Assembly: GCA_964016885.1 (NCBI GenBank)
Contig: OZ024741.1
Location: 12,028,001-12,092,000, forward strand
Direction: 5' to 3'
Origin: Eledone cirrhosa
Taxonomy: Eukaryota
DNA length: 64,000 nt
Part shown: in pieces, positions 14,470 to 27,322 of the stretch
Position numbering within the stretch: position 1 is the first letter of the stretch
Layout of the letters: each line of letters starts with the position of its first letter
Notes under the pieces: model-generated
Told to the model about the DNA's origin: nothing
The model's database searches: none
Seen by the model: the letters and a program-made list of their open reading frames with translations, nothing else
Program-made: the position numbers and the translations under genes

Positions 14470-16314
14470 GTTGGTGGTAAGGAGAAAAGGCACTTACCTC
14501 TCTGCGTCCCGGGAAACGGGCCGCTCAATTTCCATGCTGGTTGGGATGGGTTGTTGGGTGGGGTGGTGGTTTGTGGAAGTGAAGGGGCATCAGTGTGTTG
14601 TGGGGTTGGGGCGTTTGTGGTTGAGTGGGTGTCTGGGTGGAGTGGGAGTGGGGTGAACTTTTTTAGGAGGACGCGGTTGATTGGCGCAGGGGGGGGGGGG
14701 GGGGGCACGTCCTCCGTGAAATTTGTTTTCAGTGTTTTATAAAAGTTCATTGGGACTTTAATCATTTTTAAATGAGGTAGTCCCACAGCAGTTATAAAGT
14801 TAGGCCCTTCAGTTTGGACCGAAGGGTTTGATGCAATTATGTCCATTAGTTCTTTGTTGTCTGTGTTCATGTATGTATATTGTAAAGTCTTTTTTTGTGT
14901 AGCAGTTAGTGTTGTGTGACAGGGAGGGGTGGTTTGTGTGTAGTTTGTGTTCTCTTGGGGAGGGTTAATGTTAACAAGTGTGTCTGTGGTGCGTCTCCTC
15001 TTCTTTCTTTTTACTGTTTGGAAGGGATCTTTTTCATCTTGCGACGAAAGGGGTTCGTCTTCCTTGTTGGGTGGGAGGGGTATGTTTTCTGGTAGTGTTT
15101 GCGGTGTGTGTTTTTTTGTATTTGTTTTGGGTGGGGAGGGGTTGGGTGGGACAGTATTCTGTGTTGTTTTTTCACGTGTTTGTTGTTGTTGTTGTTGTGG
15201 TGGTGGTGGTGGTGGTGTTGTTGGTTTTTGTTGTTGTTGTTGTGGTTGCTTTTGTTGTTGTTGGTAGCAGTGTTTTTTTCTGTGTGAGCTGGGGACAGGC
15301 AGCCCTCAGGTGACCTCTATTGCCACAGAGGTAACAGGAGGGACGCCAACCCTCCACAAGAATGTTGAGGTGGGTACGGTCATCCAGCATGACGCGCTCA
15401 GAGATTTGGACGATACGTTCTGGCCTTATTTGGGTCAGAACTTCGATACTCGTTCCACTGAACGCGTCGCCGGATGCCTTCCCTATTGAAATGAGGTTGT
15501 CCTCGTCTAAATTGAGGAAACCGGTTAGTAACCACCAGTAGTTTATGTTTGGGGTGATGGTGGTTATCTATATTCTCTGGGGTTTTTTACCCATGTAGGT
15601 GGGGAAGAAGGTGTAGTGTGTGGAACGAATTGGCGACACAGAGTATTTTTTCGCCGCCAATTCGTCTTTCATCAATATGGATAAACTCCCATAGAGTTTA
15701 TCCTTTTGTATGAAAGTGATGTCTTTCATCGCTTCTTTCAGTACTAACTGAATTTCAGCTTGAGATGGTTGTGCTGGTTTTTTTGTTTTATTTAAAATTG
15801 TACGGAATACGACAGTTCGTAATTCCGTCTGTCTTTTTTAGTTCTGGAGGTGAATTTATAGAAAACGAACCGTTTTCGCCAAAAGATACATATTTTTTGG
15901 CTTTTTCCAGCATTTCTTTTGCTTTTGAAATATCTTCAAGCACATAAGTGACTGATAATTTAGCCGTTTGTGCAAAAGATATTTTGTTTTCGTTGTTGGT
16001 GTTTGTATTGTTTTGTTTCTCGTCGTTTGAGTTGTTTTCATCTTTGTTGTTGTTGTCTTTCTCGTTTGGTGTGTGGATACTTGTGACGTTTGTGTTGTTG
16101 TTGTTTTTGTTGTCTTTATTGTTGCTGTTGTTGTTGTTGTTTCAGTTTCTTGTATAGTTGTGGCTACATCAAGTTGTCGGTCAACAGGTGAAGATAATTC
16201 TTCCTCTGGCTGACCTCTGCCTTTGGCATCTGCTGCTGTGACAGTGGCAGGGGGAAGCTGTGAGTATGACTTCACTTTTCTTTCTTTGATTGTTGGTGAA
16301 GATGCTTCAGCCAT
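14457..16314 (-). pseudogene. Disrupted ORF1 (gag-like, CX2CX4HX4C) of Tx1-like copy B
   Basis: MAEASSP start at 16314; homologous to copy A ORF1; intact knuckle near 15295-15336; the C-terminal piece overlaps the ORF2 ATG. Confidence 0.82.
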
Positions 16315-16493
16315 TTTTCTCAAAATAGGATTTTTCGAAATTTTTCGAAAGATAATATGTTTACAACACTATTTCGCCTAAAGGCGTAGAATATTTTGAG
16401 AGACTGACCAGATCAAAATTTGACCTGGCAGTCCCTCTACAAAATGGTACAAAAATGAAAGTTTACAGTTCACAATTTCCAGATAAATTTAAA

Positions 16494-17833
16494 GCTAATA
16501 TATAGTGTAGCTATAATATAGTGTAGCTAACATATAGTGTAGCTAACATATAGTGTAGCTAATATATAGTGTAGCTAACATATAGTGTAGCTAATATATA
16601 GTGTAGTTAATATATAGTGTAGTTAACATATAGTGTAGCTAACATATAGTGTAGATAACATATAGTGTAGCTAATATATAGTGTAGCTAACATATAGTGG
16701 AGCTAACATATAGTGGAGTTAACATATAGTGGAGCTAACATATAGTGTAGCTAACATATAGTGTAGCTAATATATAGTGTAGCTCACATATAGTTTAACT
16801 AACATATAGTGTAGCTAACATATAGTGTAGCTAACATATAGTGTAGCTAACATATAGTGTAGCTAACATATAGCGTAGGTAACATACAGTGGAGCTAACA
16901 TATAGTGGAGCTAATATATAGTGTAGCTATAATATAGTGTAGCTAACATATAGTGTAGCTAAAATATAGTGGAGCTAATATATAGTGTAGCTAATATATA
17001 GTATAGCTAATATATAGTGTAGCTAACATATAGTGTAGCTAATATATAGTGGAGCTAATATATAGTGGAGCTAACATATAGTGTAGCTAACATATAGTGT
17101 AGCTAATATATAGTGTAGCTAACAAATAGTGTAGCTAACATATGGTGTAGCTAATATATAGTCTAGCTAACATATAGTGGAGCTAACATATTGTGTAGCT
17201 AATATATAGTGGAGCTAACATATAGTGTAGCTAATATATAGTGGAGCTAACATATAGTGGAGCTAATATATAGTGTAGCTAATATATAGTGTAGCTAACA
17301 TATAGTGGAGCTAACAAATAGTGTAGCTAACATATAGTGTAGCTAACATATAGTGTAGTTAATATATAGTGGAGCTAATATATGGTGGGACTAATATATA
17401 GTGGAGCTAATATATAATATAGCTAACATATAGTGTAGCTAACATATAGTGGAGCTAAGATATAGTGTAGCTAATATATAGTGTAGCTAACAAATAGTGT
17501 AGCTAATATATAGTGGAGCTAATATATAATGTAGCTAACATATAGTGTAGCTAATATATAGTGGAGCTAATATATAGTGGAGCTAATATATAGTGTAGGT
17601 GGTAACATATAGTGTAGGTAACATATAGTGGAGCTAACATATAGTGGAGCTAATATATAGTGTAACTATAATATAGTGTAGCTAACATCTAGTGTAGCTA
17701 ATATATAGTGTAGCTAATATATAGTGTAGCAATATATAGTGGAGCTAACATATAGTGGAGCTAACATATAGTGTAGCTAATATATAGTGTAGCTAATATA
17801 TAGTGGAGCTAACATATAGTGGAGCTAACATAG
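16494..17833. repeat. 16-bp satellite, block 3 (right end of array)
   Basis: Same unit; ends abruptly at ~17833. Confidence 0.97.
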
Positions 17834-18047
17834 ATGAGCATGTACGTCAATACTCATCTTTTTCCATTTATCTGAGGGTTCTAAACCACATTATCAGGCT
17901 AAAATTCCTTTAGTCAAAAATACGGTGAAAGCTATTCTATTTTATATATATATATATATATATATATCAATTCCGACCGAGGAAACAATGTTTCCGTTGG
18001 TCTTTCCAGTTGCTAATACTATCTATCGGTCGCAACTCCAGGTAGAA

Positions 18048-18164
18048 GGAGCAACGTGAAATAAAGTGTCTTGCTCAAGGACGTAACGCATTGCCCGGTC
18101 CAGGAATCGAACTCACAACCTCAAGATTGTGAATCCAATACTTTAACGACTCAGCCACGCGCCT

Positions 18165-18167
<3 letters not shown>
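18048..18167 (-). mobile_element. tRNA-derived SINE, 5' portion
   Basis: Minus strand: A-box-like TGGCTGAGTCG, B-box GAGTTCGATTCC, then GTCCTTGAGCAAGACACTT, a typical SINE body motif; no complete tRNA cloverleaf. Confidence 0.8.
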
Positions 18168-20200
<2,033 letters not shown>

Positions 20201-20336
20201 TATATTTTGAGAATAAACTCTCAGTCGTTTACAATAATTAAGCTCCAGGAAGGGGCTCTTCCGAGCAGTTAAATACATTTAAAGTATACTAGCAGTAAAG
20301 CCCGGCGTTGCTCGGGGTCGCTCAGTAGCTGTGTTA

Positions 20337-21176
20337 AAGTTACAATGTTAAGTTTCTTTTTTTGGCTTAAAAACTGTAGTGTCTACTGTGCAGACTTGCA
20401 TGTGGTGTTTTTGATTAATATTCCCTCAACCAACAATATGCCTTATGAAGTTAAGAAAACATAACGATAACCCGAATGTTATAACAAAAGAGGATGCTGG
20501 GGATAAAAACTGCACTGGTTATTTATTAACAAAGATCGAAAATGTAAACACTGCAACGCAGAGAAAAACATTAGCGTAACCAAATTATCAGTTATGTCTG
20601 TCTGCACGCCTATATCACCTCTCTGCACGACTGTCTGTTTGCACGCCTATATCACCTCTCTGCACGACTGTCTGTCTGCACGCCTATATCACCTCTCTGC
20701 ACGACTATCTGTCTGCACGCGTATATCACCTCTCTGCACGACTGTCTGTCTGCACGACTGTCTGTCTGCACGCCTAACGACGAAATATTTGCTTGTTTTA
20801 CGTAGTCTTTAAATAGACTTGTTTTCAAGTAAAAATATTGTTTTAAAATGCTTTTAAATGGAAATGAAGCAAAACGGAAACTTAGTGTTCGAACTGATGA
20901 ATTTTGCAGGTCAATAAAAGTTACAATGTTAAGTTTCTTTCTTGGCTTAAAAACTGTAGTGTCTACTGTGCAGACTTGCATGTGGTGTTTTTGATTAATA
21001 TTCCCTCAACCAACAATATGCCTTATGAAGTTAAGAAAACATAACGATAAACCGAATGTTATAACAAAAGAGGATGCTGGGGATAGAAACTGCACTGGTT
21101 ATTTATTAACAAAGATCGAAAATGTAAACACTGCAACGCAGAGAAAAACATTAGCGTAACCAAATTATCAGTTATT
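20337..21176. repeat. Helitron-internal ~580-bp repeat (about 1.5 copies) containing a 37-bp minisatellite
   Basis: 20337-20595 recurs at 20918-21176; 37-bp unit GCACGCCTATATCACCTCTCTGCACGACTGTCTGTCT at 20596-20775. Confidence 0.9.
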
Positions 21177-22154
21177 TTGAAACAAAGAAATTGGATGGAC
21201 ATGAAGAACAAAAAAAAAAATGCGTTATCTGAAGTCGAGGGGCAGGCAGCATCAAATAGGTTTGCACTTGTGATAAAAAATATTGACAATGTAATAGCTC
21301 AGATGTTTAAGTATAAAGTATGAAGAGCTCATAACATACCCATGGTGAGTTTGACGGGCAGATTATAGACAGCCACAGCATGCGAAATGGATAGCTGCAG
21401 CAAAAGCCATATTCACCAAAAAGAATCACTAAAATCAACAAAACAGAAATGCTGCTTCCATTGCATCTTCAGGTGCAACTGAGAATGATGACGAAAGTTT
21501 ACTTTGACACACCAGAAATGCTGTTGTCGCTTGTTGTCCATGTCGGAATGCATATTGAAACAATGAAAGAAATGACGGAAACAATCTGTGTATGTATGCG
21601 GCAAGTTGTGTGTGTCTACATATTAAACGCCGGACTTGTCAGCGACTGGAGGGTGTCCTTAACAATCGAAAGCATCAATTCCAGAGTCCACTTTGACTTG
21701 CAAGCAATGCCGGGCCTATAGGTCTCGTGATGTGTCCTATGGTGTCAGAGGCGTTGTGCTTGTTAAGAAGTTGGCGTCATGTCGTCAGTTTCGAAGTTGC
21801 TGATGTCGCGTGTGTGTTAATGCATGAGCACGCATGTATGTCGTTCTTTTAACTGTGTGTGGGCGTATGTGTGGGTGCATATGATGGCGGTGTGTGCAAA
21901 TACGAAGTGCGAATAAGTTTGTATATAGTTCTGTTGTTTGACATATATTTGTACAATGGTAGAAAATTCAAATGAGAAGTGATTCACTGTTGCATTGGTA
22001 ACTGTAATTTACTCTGCAAATGCACTGAAAGGTATGTCTAGGTGTCAATAGAATGCACTGCGTCAATGTTGAATAAGTCTCCTTTTTTCAGGTTTCGTAG
22101 ATGCTATATATTTAAGGCAGTTGGTGTAACATTGCCATTTTGAACATAAAAACT

Positions 22155-25100
22155 CTATAAAACCTCACGGTATACAATATTCTTTGTTTTTCCATTTGGA
22201 GCAAAGGCAAAAAGGTTATTCCGGCTGCCAACTCGAGAACATCCAACGTAGAATTGTCCATGTGAGAAACATGGTTCCTCCAGGTGAAGTCCTGCAACAG
22301 ATAAAGTCTGACCCTGGGACTTGTTGATGGACATAGCAAAGGCAGCACGAAGGGGAAATTGAGTTCTTTTAAAAGAATAGGGTGCATCCACTCCTGATGT
22401 AGTAAGAGTTACCATAGGTATTAAAACATCTTCTCCTTTTCCACACCCTGACATAATCGTAGCATAAATAATGTGCTGTGACATCCTATTGACAACAAGG
22501 CGTGTACCATTGCAAAGCTTGGGAGGAGTTATATTCCTGAGAAATATAACTGGACATCCTTCCTTGAGAGACAAAATATGTTGAGGTAGACCAGGAATGT
22601 CCAATGAATTGAGGAATTCAATGGGATAACTGACCGCATCATGTGGATCAACATTGGTATCAATAGACTTAAAAGTCTTATCATTTCCAGGAAGACTTTC
22701 AAGCATTTGGCGATTAATGGCGGAGACAGTGACATTTGTAGGAGCTAATATAGCCCTCTCACACAGCCATGCATGATTGCGGTAATTATCTACCAAGCTG
22801 GGAAAAACGGCTGCCTTGAGATCTTCGACAGTGTTAACCAGACAGCATATATTGTCGAGTGCAATGTCTCTATGCACATCTGAAGGTACTTTGCCGTCGC
22901 CAAGAATGAGAAGGTCTTCAGCAAATTTTTCAGACACAGTATCGCCATGCAGTTGAATACGCATGTTAGTGGTCAGACGAAGTGTTGTTACCTGTTGCCA
23001 CAATGGAGAAGACTTCAGGCAGGCCCGAACTTGATCCGCTCTGGTGCCCTTTGGAATAACCGGCAAAGTTTGTCGAAAGTCCCCTGAAAGCAAAAGAGTT
23101 ACACCCCCCATGGTCTCCTGACAGTCTCTAATGTCTTTTAGCGTTCTATCTAAGGCCTCAATAGCTCCTTTGTGAGCCATGGTACATTCATCCCACACAA
23201 TCAGTTGGCACCGCCGTAGCAGTTCTGCTCTGGGACTATCCTTGGTGATGTCACAGAGCGGTGTTTCAGCTGATACCAAGTTAAGCGGAAGCTTAAAGGT
23301 AGAATGTGCTGTCCTACCGCCAGGAAGTAGTGTTGCAGCAATACCAGACGATGCAACAGCTATTGCGATAACTTCATTCTGTCTAACTTTGGCAAGAATA
23401 AGTTTAGTCACAAAGGTTTTTCCAGTGCCTCCAGGGGCATCAAGAAAGAAGATACCACCCGATCGATGAAATACATAATCAGTGATAGTGTTGTATGCTA
23501 ATTGTTGATCAGGAAGTAGTTTTGATTCCATTTCAAACACATATCTAGCTAGAGCATCGACATCATAAGATGTTTCTTGGATGATGAGAATTGGAATTTT
23601 ATTAGAATCAGTGCGGTGGGTTTGTGGAAGACCGTATGCTGGCAAGGCATTCCCACCCATAAGGAAAATCCTGTCCTCTATATCTATAAGCCCTTTATTG
23701 TATAAATCATCACTGAAATCTATTTCTATGTCAGGAAGTAGTAGTTGAGCCTGGTGAAGGAAGTCCTCAGACAGTTGGTTCCGAAACTTCAACCATAATG
23801 TGTAGGGATCACAAATGTTACATAAGTGAAGAAGCTTTGCAAAGACCTCTCGTAGGCTTCCAGTTGAGTGTGATGAAGCGATCTCCACCAAGGTTGCATC
23901 CCATCGTGAGTCATCTTCAAGCATTCCACGAGCCAAACAGGCATCTCTGTATGTAGACCAAACACGATTACTGAAAGTTCTGAGGTCCTGAAAACTGGTC
24001 GGTCCTTTGACCTCATGCAGTAGCATTCGAAGATAGAAGCAACTGTGTTGATTTGGAGGAATCGTATACACTCGCCCCAAGCAATTAGTGAATTTGATTC
24101 CAGGAACTCCAATAACTGGTTGGCCAGTCTTTCTGCGACACCATGTTTTTTTATTCCATGTGTAGTATGATGACACCTGAGGATACAGCAATGATTTTGC
24201 GAACTCATCGTATTTGCACAGTTTGAAGAATCCAGTTAAAGTTGTCTCCCTTGGGGTCTGTGCTAATTCAGTGGCATTTTCATTGGTATAATACACCCGT
24301 TGACCGTGTTCTAGGTGTACATCTAATTTTACAATTGAAGGGTGCCTATCATGTATTGGAAAACCAAAGATTCGCCAAAAGGCCTCGCTACTACTTATGT
24401 ATCGACCTACTTGGAATTGTGTTACTTCGTCTCTATTGTTTTCGTTGAGTATACCGAACGAAGCAGCGTCAGAACCTTTATTAACATACTTACATATGTA
24501 TTTGATGCACTTGACGGAGCTACAGAATTCAACATTAATGTGTGCGTTGAAAGTACTGAGCAGGAGTGGACAATAGGGAATGATCCATCTGTTGTCAACC
24601 TCGCCATTCTTAACCCTAGCCGTAAAACCTCCATCTTCAGGTCGCCTACGTCTATATAATGGGTAGCCATCATTGCCAGTCTGAGTATCGCGAATAAATT
24701 GACGGGGAAATTTTTTAGTGCATCTTTTATTGCCTGTAACGCATGGTAAGTCGGTTCTAAAGCCAGGCCCACATGGACCATGCACCATATGTGCCCTAAC
24801 TTTCATGTACAAGTCCTTGTCAGTGGAAGGATCTGGTAATTCTGCAGAGATGATCCTGTCAATGTCGTTAGAACTAACCTTTGTTGTCAGCCAAATAAGA
24901 ATATGAGCATGGGGGAGGCCCCTTTTTTGCCATTCGATTGTGTACATGTCACATTGAACTGGTCCGAAAACCTCACCTAATTTCATAAGATCCATAAGCT
25001 TAAGTAACTTAAGACGGAATACTCTAGCTGCGAGATCATGTCGGCGTGTGGTGTTCTGACCAGGAAGGAGTTCGTCCTCAATCTCCTTCCAATTGGGGTT

Positions 25101-26942
25101 ACATGTAAAAGTTATGAATAAGTCTGGCCTACCGTAATGTCGTACAATTGTCATGGCGTCCTGAGTCCTTTCATGCATATATCGAGGGCTTCCCGTGAAG
25201 GTAGAGGGCAGAATGCATACTTTTCCAAGACTCTCAGGATCCGCATCATTGTTCATTCCATCCCGAAGGTGTATGTAGCTGTCACAACGCAACTTTTTTT
25301 GATTGAGTTTGATAAAACACAATCTCTCTGATTCCATTTTTGCACACATGTCAGTTGCATACTGGTTGAAAAGGTCTTGAGAGCGGTGGAGGTGATTAAA
25401 ACAGTCATCTCGGATCATGAATCGAAATGCATAGAAGTCCTTGCATGAAACTGTTTTGGTAGAATGAACCTCTGAATTGGTAGAGTTACATTGTGGAATG
25501 CCAAAATGGTATCCATCCTCTCCATATACAAAAAGCAGTGGGTATTGGAGTGCGTCGTATGATCTGTGTGTTTCACTGATCCGTTGAAGTCCGTGGTCGC
25601 GATGCTTGATAACAATGTCACGTTTGTTGTGCTGATCACCAGCGAGAAGTATCGCAACCTCATTCAAAGAAGGTGAATTATAGCGGCCTGCATGTTCTCC
25701 AGATGGCCGCTTGTCAGCATCAATGACAACATAGTAATTATCAACAGGAGCTGTTTCTAATGCATATTTAAAGCTCTGAACATAGCTGTTGTGACTATGA
25801 AGCATGTCTTGAAGTTCAAAAAGGAGCTCCTGTCTAGTGTCATAGGCAATTGAATATTTCCTTGTTGCTTGTGGACAGTCAGTTAAGTTATTTGTTTTTT
25901 CTTTTGGGAAGGCAAATGTATTTCGCCTTGTAGCTTGTTGAAGGCAGTTGGACATGAAGTAGACCTGGAGAAATCGGGGCTCTTTATTATCTACAGGCTC
26001 CAGTGATCCGATAAGATGATAAACCTGACCTTGAACTTTGAAAGTGGGCATAAATCCACCTTCATATTCATAACTCGATCCAAAAGATGTCATTTGGAAG
26101 GCACAATTATAATGTCGAATATCTAGAAGGAAAGCTCTGGAGAGTGAATGGGTGCCTGTAAGAAGAAGCCTCAATGGCTGTGGTGGATCTCTAGGAGGGT
26201 GCAAGTTGACCTTACCATTAGAGCAGCACATTCCGGCTGGTTCGCCCGGCCACTTTTTAGCTTTGCAAAACTGGCAAATTCCAGACATGTCACCAATTTG
26301 AATATGAAGGTGTGTAGCATAATTATTAGCGGGGACATAATTGAAAGCCTTCAATGACCACCGTGATTTCGCAGCCCTCGAAATACCCCGCTTATTGGCT
26401 TTAAACTGAAAAACACCCCCCAGTCGAATAGTTCGGTTACCTGCTGTCTCCGCTTCTCGCGCAGCTGCAGTAGCAGCCGCATCTCTGCCCTGACGAAGTA
26501 TACGTTCAATAGCATTCTCTGCAGCTCGAACAGTTGCAGTAACAGCCGCATCTCTGCTTTGACGGAGTTTACGTTGAACATCATTCTCTGCAGCTCGCGT
26601 AGCTGCTTTTGCCGTTGCATTTCTTGCAAGCTGAGTTTGACGTTCCACGTGTTTCACTGCAACACATAAGGATGCAATTGAAGAAGCATTTCTGGTGCGT
26701 CGGAATAAACATTCGTCATAATTCTCAGTTGCCTGTGAAGGTGCAATGGAAGCAGCATTTCTGTCCTGTTGACTCAAGCAACGCTCATCGATAGACAGAG
26801 CTGTTGTATTCACTGAACACCCCGCTATTTCAGGCTGTCTAATGCTCGACGACACCTCAGTCAGCCTCCTTCTTTTTGTTATCTGAGACCGCGTCAGTCG
26901 TAATAAGGTTGTCCTTTTTTTAGGCATCAGGGTGGTGGGCAC
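22155..26942 (-). CDS. Helitron RepHel transposase (HUH Rep + Pif1-family SF1 helicase), uninterrupted
   Basis: CQFC..CC zinc motif; Rep motifs PDLFITFTCNP, EWQKRGLPHAHIL, KYICKYVNKG; helicase DAPGGTGKTF, WDECTM, GDFRQTLPV, AMSINKSQGQT, HGQFYVGCSRV. The real start is probably the ATG of MPKKR just downstream of the annotated GTG. Confidence 0.96.
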   Translation of the reverse strand: MPTTLMPKKRTTLLRLTRSQITKRRRLTEVSSSIRQPEIAGCSVNTTALSIDERCLSQQDRNAASIAPSQATENYDECLFRRTRNASSIASLCVAVKHVERQTQLARNATAKAATRAAENDVQRKLRQSRDAAVTATVRAAENAIERILRQGRDAAATAAAREAETAGNRTIRLGGVFQFKANKRGISRAAKSRWSLKAFNYVPANNYATHLHIQIGDMSGICQFCKAKKWPGEPAGMCCSNGKVNLHPPRDPPQPLRLLLTGTHSLSRAFLLDIRHYNCAFQMTSFGSSYEYEGGFMPTFKVQGQVYHLIGSLEPVDNKEPRFLQVYFMSNCLQQATRRNTFAFPKEKTNNLTDCPQATRKYSIAYDTRQELLFELQDMLHSHNSYVQSFKYALETAPVDNYYVVIDADKRPSGEHAGRYNSPSLNEVAILLAGDQHNKRDIVIKHRDHGLQRISETHRSYDALQYPLLFVYGEDGYHFGIPQCNSTNSEVHSTKTVSCKDFYAFRFMIRDDCFNHLHRSQDLFNQYATDMCAKMESERLCFIKLNQKKLRCDSYIHLRDGMNNDADPESLGKVCILPSTFTGSPRYMHERTQDAMTIVRHYGRPDLFITFTCNPNWKEIEDELLPGQNTTRRHDLAARVFRLKLLKLMDLMKLGEVFGPVQCDMYTIEWQKRGLPHAHILIWLTTKVSSNDIDRIISAELPDPSTDKDLYMKVRAHMVHGPCGPGFRTDLPCVTGNKRCTKKFPRQFIRDTQTGNDGYPLYRRRRPEDGGFTARVKNGEVDNRWIIPYCPLLLSTFNAHINVEFCSSVKCIKYICKYVNKGSDAASFGILNENNRDEVTQFQVGRYISSSEAFWRIFGFPIHDRHPSIVKLDVHLEHGQRVYYTNENATELAQTPRETTLTGFFKLCKYDEFAKSLLYPQVSSYYTWNKKTWCRRKTGQPVIGVPGIKFTNCLGRVYTIPPNQHSCFYLRMLLHEVKGPTSFQDLRTFSNRVWSTYRDACLARGMLEDDSRWDATLVEIASSHSTGSLREVFAKLLHLCNICDPYTLWLKFRNQLSEDFLHQAQLLLPDIEIDFSDDLYNKGLIDIEDRIFLMGGNALPAYGLPQTHRTDSNKIPILIIQETSYDVDALARYVFEMESKLLPDQQLAYNTITDYVFHRSGGIFFLDAPGGTGKTFVTKLILAKVRQNEVIAIAVASSGIAATLLPGGRTAHSTFKLPLNLVSAETPLCDITKDSPRAELLRRCQLIVWDECTMAHKGAIEALDRTLKDIRDCQETMGGVTLLLSGDFRQTLPVIPKGTRADQVRACLKSSPLWQQVTTLRLTTNMRIQLHGDTVSEKFAEDLLILGDGKVPSDVHRDIALDNICCLVNTVEDLKAAVFPSLVDNYRNHAWLCERAILAPTNVTVSAINRQMLESLPGNDKTFKSIDTNVDPHDAVSYPIEFLNSLDIPGLPQHILSLKEGCPVIFLRNITPPKLCNGTRLVVNRMSQHIIYATIMSGCGKGEDVLIPMVTLTTSGVDAPYSFKRTQFPLRAAFAMSINKSQGQTLSVAGLHLEEPCFSHGQFYVGCSRVGSRNNLFAFAPNGKTKNIVYREVL

Positions 26943-27322
26943 GATTGAAACCTAAAACAAACAATCCCTCCATTTCGTCAAGATAAAATGAAATTAAAGT
27001 AAATTCAGCCTTATAAGACCGCAAAATTAATTTAAGTAGAAGACCTAACCGCCAACGCCATAGTGAAATCAACCAACTTATACTGAAAATAATCCAAACG
27101 TTTAATAGGGAAAGTTTGCTAACCGTCGTAATAAAAAAATAAATATCAATAACTTACGAAGTAATGAACTCGCCGAACTTTTAAAGCGTTGTAGCATACA
27201 AAGGCAGTACAGTGCAAATGAAGCTATTAAACAAACTGGAGATTCCAATTCACTCTACTAAAGATTTACTTAATCGTCTGCACATTCGCTAATCGTCTGC
27301 TCATTCCATAAAAGGGAAATAA

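Larger units (their letters stand above)
10768..16493 (-). mobile_element. Tx1/L1-clade non-LTR retrotransposon, copy B (near full length)
   Basis: ORF1 with CYLCGNRGHLRAAC; ORF2 with APE, RT (VSAYADDVTV) and C-terminal CPRC..EETVAHALVHC; satellite resumes at ~16494. Confidence 0.93.

Noticed and set aside
1-17833. 16-bp, 37-bp, 61-bp and 92-bp arrays as CRISPR arrays or telomeric repeats
   Set aside because: No unique spacers and no cas genes; eukaryotic context; no TTAGGG units.
17970-18012. Small hairpin GACC..GGAAACAATGTTTCC..GGTC
   Set aside because: Core nucleotides do not fit a hammerhead; too short to assign.
18095-18167. tRNA gene
   Set aside because: A/B boxes are present but the acceptor stem is poor and the sequence runs into a SINE body.
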